Part shown: one piece after another, positions 61,193 to 64,000 of the stretch
How the letters are laid out: every line of letters starts with the position of its first letter
How positions within the stretch are numbered: the stretch's first letter is position 1
Assembly (NCBI GenBank): GCA_003971905.1
Contig: RSEE01000001.1
Span: 1,054,001-1,118,000 of the forward strand
DNA length: 64,000 bases
Reading direction: 5' to 3'
DNA from: Moniliella sp. 'wahieum'
Taxonomy: Eukaryota
Program-made: the position numbers and the translations under genes
The notes under the pieces: model-generated
The model's database searches: none
The model's input: the letters and a program-made list of their open reading frames with translations, nothing else
What the model was told of the DNA's origin: nothing

Positions 61193-64000
61193 ATGTCGTG
61201 GAAGAAGGACGACGAGCTGGGCGTTGCGCCCGCCGCATTCTGGCAGGACAAGGCCTCTGTTTTGCAGGAGGCCCGCGTCTTCAATGAGAGCCCCATCAGC
61301 CCTCGCCGCTGCCGCATCCTGCTCACCAAAATCCTCTACCTCCTCTACACCGGAGTCGTTCAGCCGGCAGGAAGCCACGGCGCTCTTTTTGGCGCTACCA
61401 AGCTGTTCCAGCACAAGGATCCAGCGCTGCGGCAGATGGTGTACCTTGCGATCAAAGAGCTCAGCCCCCTGGCCGAAGACGTCATCATGGTCACTGCCAG
61501 CATTATGAAGGACATGCAGCCTAACACAGCTGTCATCTACCGACCCAACGCCATCCGTGCCCTGGCCCGTGTCGTCGACCCCTCCATGGCTCAGGGTCTG
61601 GAACGCTACTTCAAGACAGCTCTTGTCGACCGCAACAGCAGCATTGCCAGCGCTGCGGTCGTTAGCGCCTACCATCTCTTCCCTGCTGCTCGCGACGTGG
61701 TTCGTCGTTGGGCGAACGAGGTGCAGGAAGCTATTCACCCCAAGGCTCCGCCCCCCTCATCGTCATATGGAAGCACTCCCAATCGAAGCGGAAGCTCGGC
61801 CTCGCGCTTTTTTGGCTTTGCTGCTAGCGCAGCGGGTTACTCTATTAATTCTAGCCGTGACTCTTCTTCTGCTGACGAGCAGTACGTTGCTTCGACCAGT
61901 TTCATCATCCAGTATCACGTTTTGGGCTTGCTTTACCTCATTCGGCAGGGCGACCGGATCGCCGTGACCAAGCTGGTGCAGCAGTACTCTGGAGCGCAGA
62001 GTCCCGTGGTGTTGCGCAACCCTCTAGCTGTCTGCCAGCTTGTCCGGCTTGCCGCCAAGATTGCGGAGGAGGACCCAGATCGGCGTCGGCAGATGCTTGA
62101 TTTGCTCGAGGCGTGGTTGCGGCACACGAGCGATATGGTCAACTACGAGGCAGCTAAAGCAATTTGCGAGTTGCGTGGTGTGAACGAGGTGGAACTCACC
62201 AAACCTGTTTCGGTGCTGCGGGTCTTTCTCGGAAGTCCCCGGGGGGTTCTTAAGTTTGCTGCCATTCGCACGTTGTCCAACTTGGCCCAGACTCATCCGC
62301 AGGCGGTCAAGGCATGCAACCTCGAGATGGAAAACCTGATTACGGACCCAAACCGCAGCGTAGCGACCTTTGCTATCACACACTCTCCTCAAGACGGGCA
62401 ATGAGGCAAGTGTGGACCGTCTGATGAAGCAAATTTCCTCCTTCATGACGGAAATTAGCGATGAATTTAAGGTGGTCGTGCTCGATGCGATTCGGTCATT
62501 GTGCCTCAAGTTCCCCTCTAAACAGTCTGTCATGCTTAATTTCCTTTACTCGGTCCTTCGCGAGGAAGGGGGTTATGATTTCAAACGCACGGTTGTGGAT
62601 GCAATCATTGACATGATCCGATTCGTCGGGGATTGCAAAGAAGTCGCTCTGGCACATCTGTGTGAGTTTATCGAAGATTGTGAATTCACCAAGCTCTCGG
62701 TCCGCATCCTCCACTTACTTGGTCAGGAGGGGCCTTTCATGCCTGCGCCAGCCAAGTTCATCCGCTACATCTACAACCGCGTCATTCTTGAGAATGCTAT
62801 TGTTCGGGCAGCGGCAGTCAACAGTCTGGCCAAATTTGGCCTTCATGTACCCAAGTTGCGCCCTCGCATCTCTGTTCTCCTCGAACGCTGCACGGATGAC
62901 GTTGACGACGAAGTGCGCGACCGCGCTGTGATTCAACTGGCCCTCCTTCGTCAGCCTCCGCTAGGTGCCAAGCTGCTCGGATCTGATACCAAATCCACAT
63001 TCCGTCTTGCAGCGCTAGAAGAACAACTGACGGGATATTTGGCTGACCCGGCGGCCCAGGCCCAGCCCTTTGATGCTGCCTCCGTTCCTCGCATCACTCA
63101 CGAGGAGGCGACCCAGGCCGCATTGCGGGCCAAAAACGATGCCATCGCTTCGGTCGCGATGGGTTCGGACGCCACGGCGCGCGGGCATTCGGGCAGGAGG
63201 CCCATCCACTTCCGCTGCGGGCGCGGCGGCGATGGGTGCCCCCACCGCATCCCCTCTCCCTCCTACTGCAGCGACGGGCGAGTCGGCATATGCTGCACAG
63301 CTTGCTTCTGTGCCCGCTTTGGCCGAACTGGGGCCTGTACTGCACTCGTCCCGCCAGCCCGTGCTGCACAGAAAGCGAAACAGAGTACACCGTCGCTGCT
63401 GTCAAGCACGTGTTCCCATCCCACTTCGTGGTGCAGTACAATGTGACCAACACGCTCTCCGACACGGTGCTGGAGGACGTGCACGTCGCAGTTGACGGTG
63501 CCTTTGCCGAGGCTGGAGTGGAGCTCGAATCGATCGTGCCTGCTCCGCATGCTTTGACTGTCGCTGAGCCCACGGCATCGACGTACGTCATCTTTAAGCG
63601 GGGCTCATTCCCCTTGTTCTCGTTGGAAAACACGCTCAAGTTTACCTCGAAAGAGGTGGACCCCGTCTCGGGCGAACCCGAGGACGAAGGATATGCGGAC
63701 GAGTACCAGACTCTTGCTCTGGAAGTGGATGCAGCAGACTACATCGACCCCGCCTATGCTGACTTTGCCTCCGAATGGCCCGCCTTAGTGCAGGCGACGG
63801 TCAAGGAAACGTTTGCCTTGACGGCGATGCAAACGCTGCAGGAGGCGTGCGACCAGTTGGTCGAGTTGTATGGGATGCAACCTCTCGAAGGCACCGAGAC
63901 GGTGGGGGCAGCTACAGTCCACACACTCCTCCTTGCTGGTATGGTGTCGGTGCGTCCGATGAGGGCAAACCTGCCAAGGTGTTGGCCCGCTTCCGCATGA
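61193..64000 (+). CDS. SEC21: Coatomer gamma subunit (gamma-COP); frameshifted, 3' end at or beyond the window edge
   Basis: 'VLQEARVFNESPISPRRCR.LLTKILYLL', 'LRQMVYLAIKEL', 'VRRWANEVQEA', 'TLLKTGNEASVDRLMKQI', 'LAHLCEFIEDCEF', 'TESETEY.V..VKHVF', 'GYADEY'. Confidence 0.96.

Overview
This is eukaryotic, gene-dense, GC-rich fungal DNA with short GT-AG introns and CTRAC branch points. It is probably a basidiomycete, most likely Ustilaginomycotina-like (inference). About 23 protein genes are recognisable: YME2, a THEM6-like thioesterase, HID1, AP-3 beta, POP4, NTO1/BRPF, an S1/P1 nuclease, RHO1, a bacterial-type SppA (S49) protease, actin, RPC19, prenylcysteine oxidase, UGD1, a TBC Rab-GAP, 6PGL, SUR2, GlyRS, an AT-hook protein, a uridine phosphorylase-like enzyme, SHO1, polyubiquitin, a MetR-like bZIP and gamma-COP. 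There is also an intron-containing tRNA-Lys(CTT). Nearly every gene, including actin and ubiquitin, is broken by 1-nt indels. This points to an unpolished long-read assembly rather than pseudogenes, so gene ends are approximate. Two features are invisible in the ORF track. (1) A spliced, apparently non-coding host transcript (- strand, ~13.7-14.4 kb) carries box C/D snoRNAs homologous to snR78, snR77 and snR73 in successive introns and points directly into POP4. (2) A 2.15-kb non-coding element (58545-60690) has ~390-bp inverted TG...CA termini, a GCGGC target-site duplication, an internal palindrome and outward-facing TATA-like boxes. It sits in the divergent promoter of the bZIP gene and gamma-COP.
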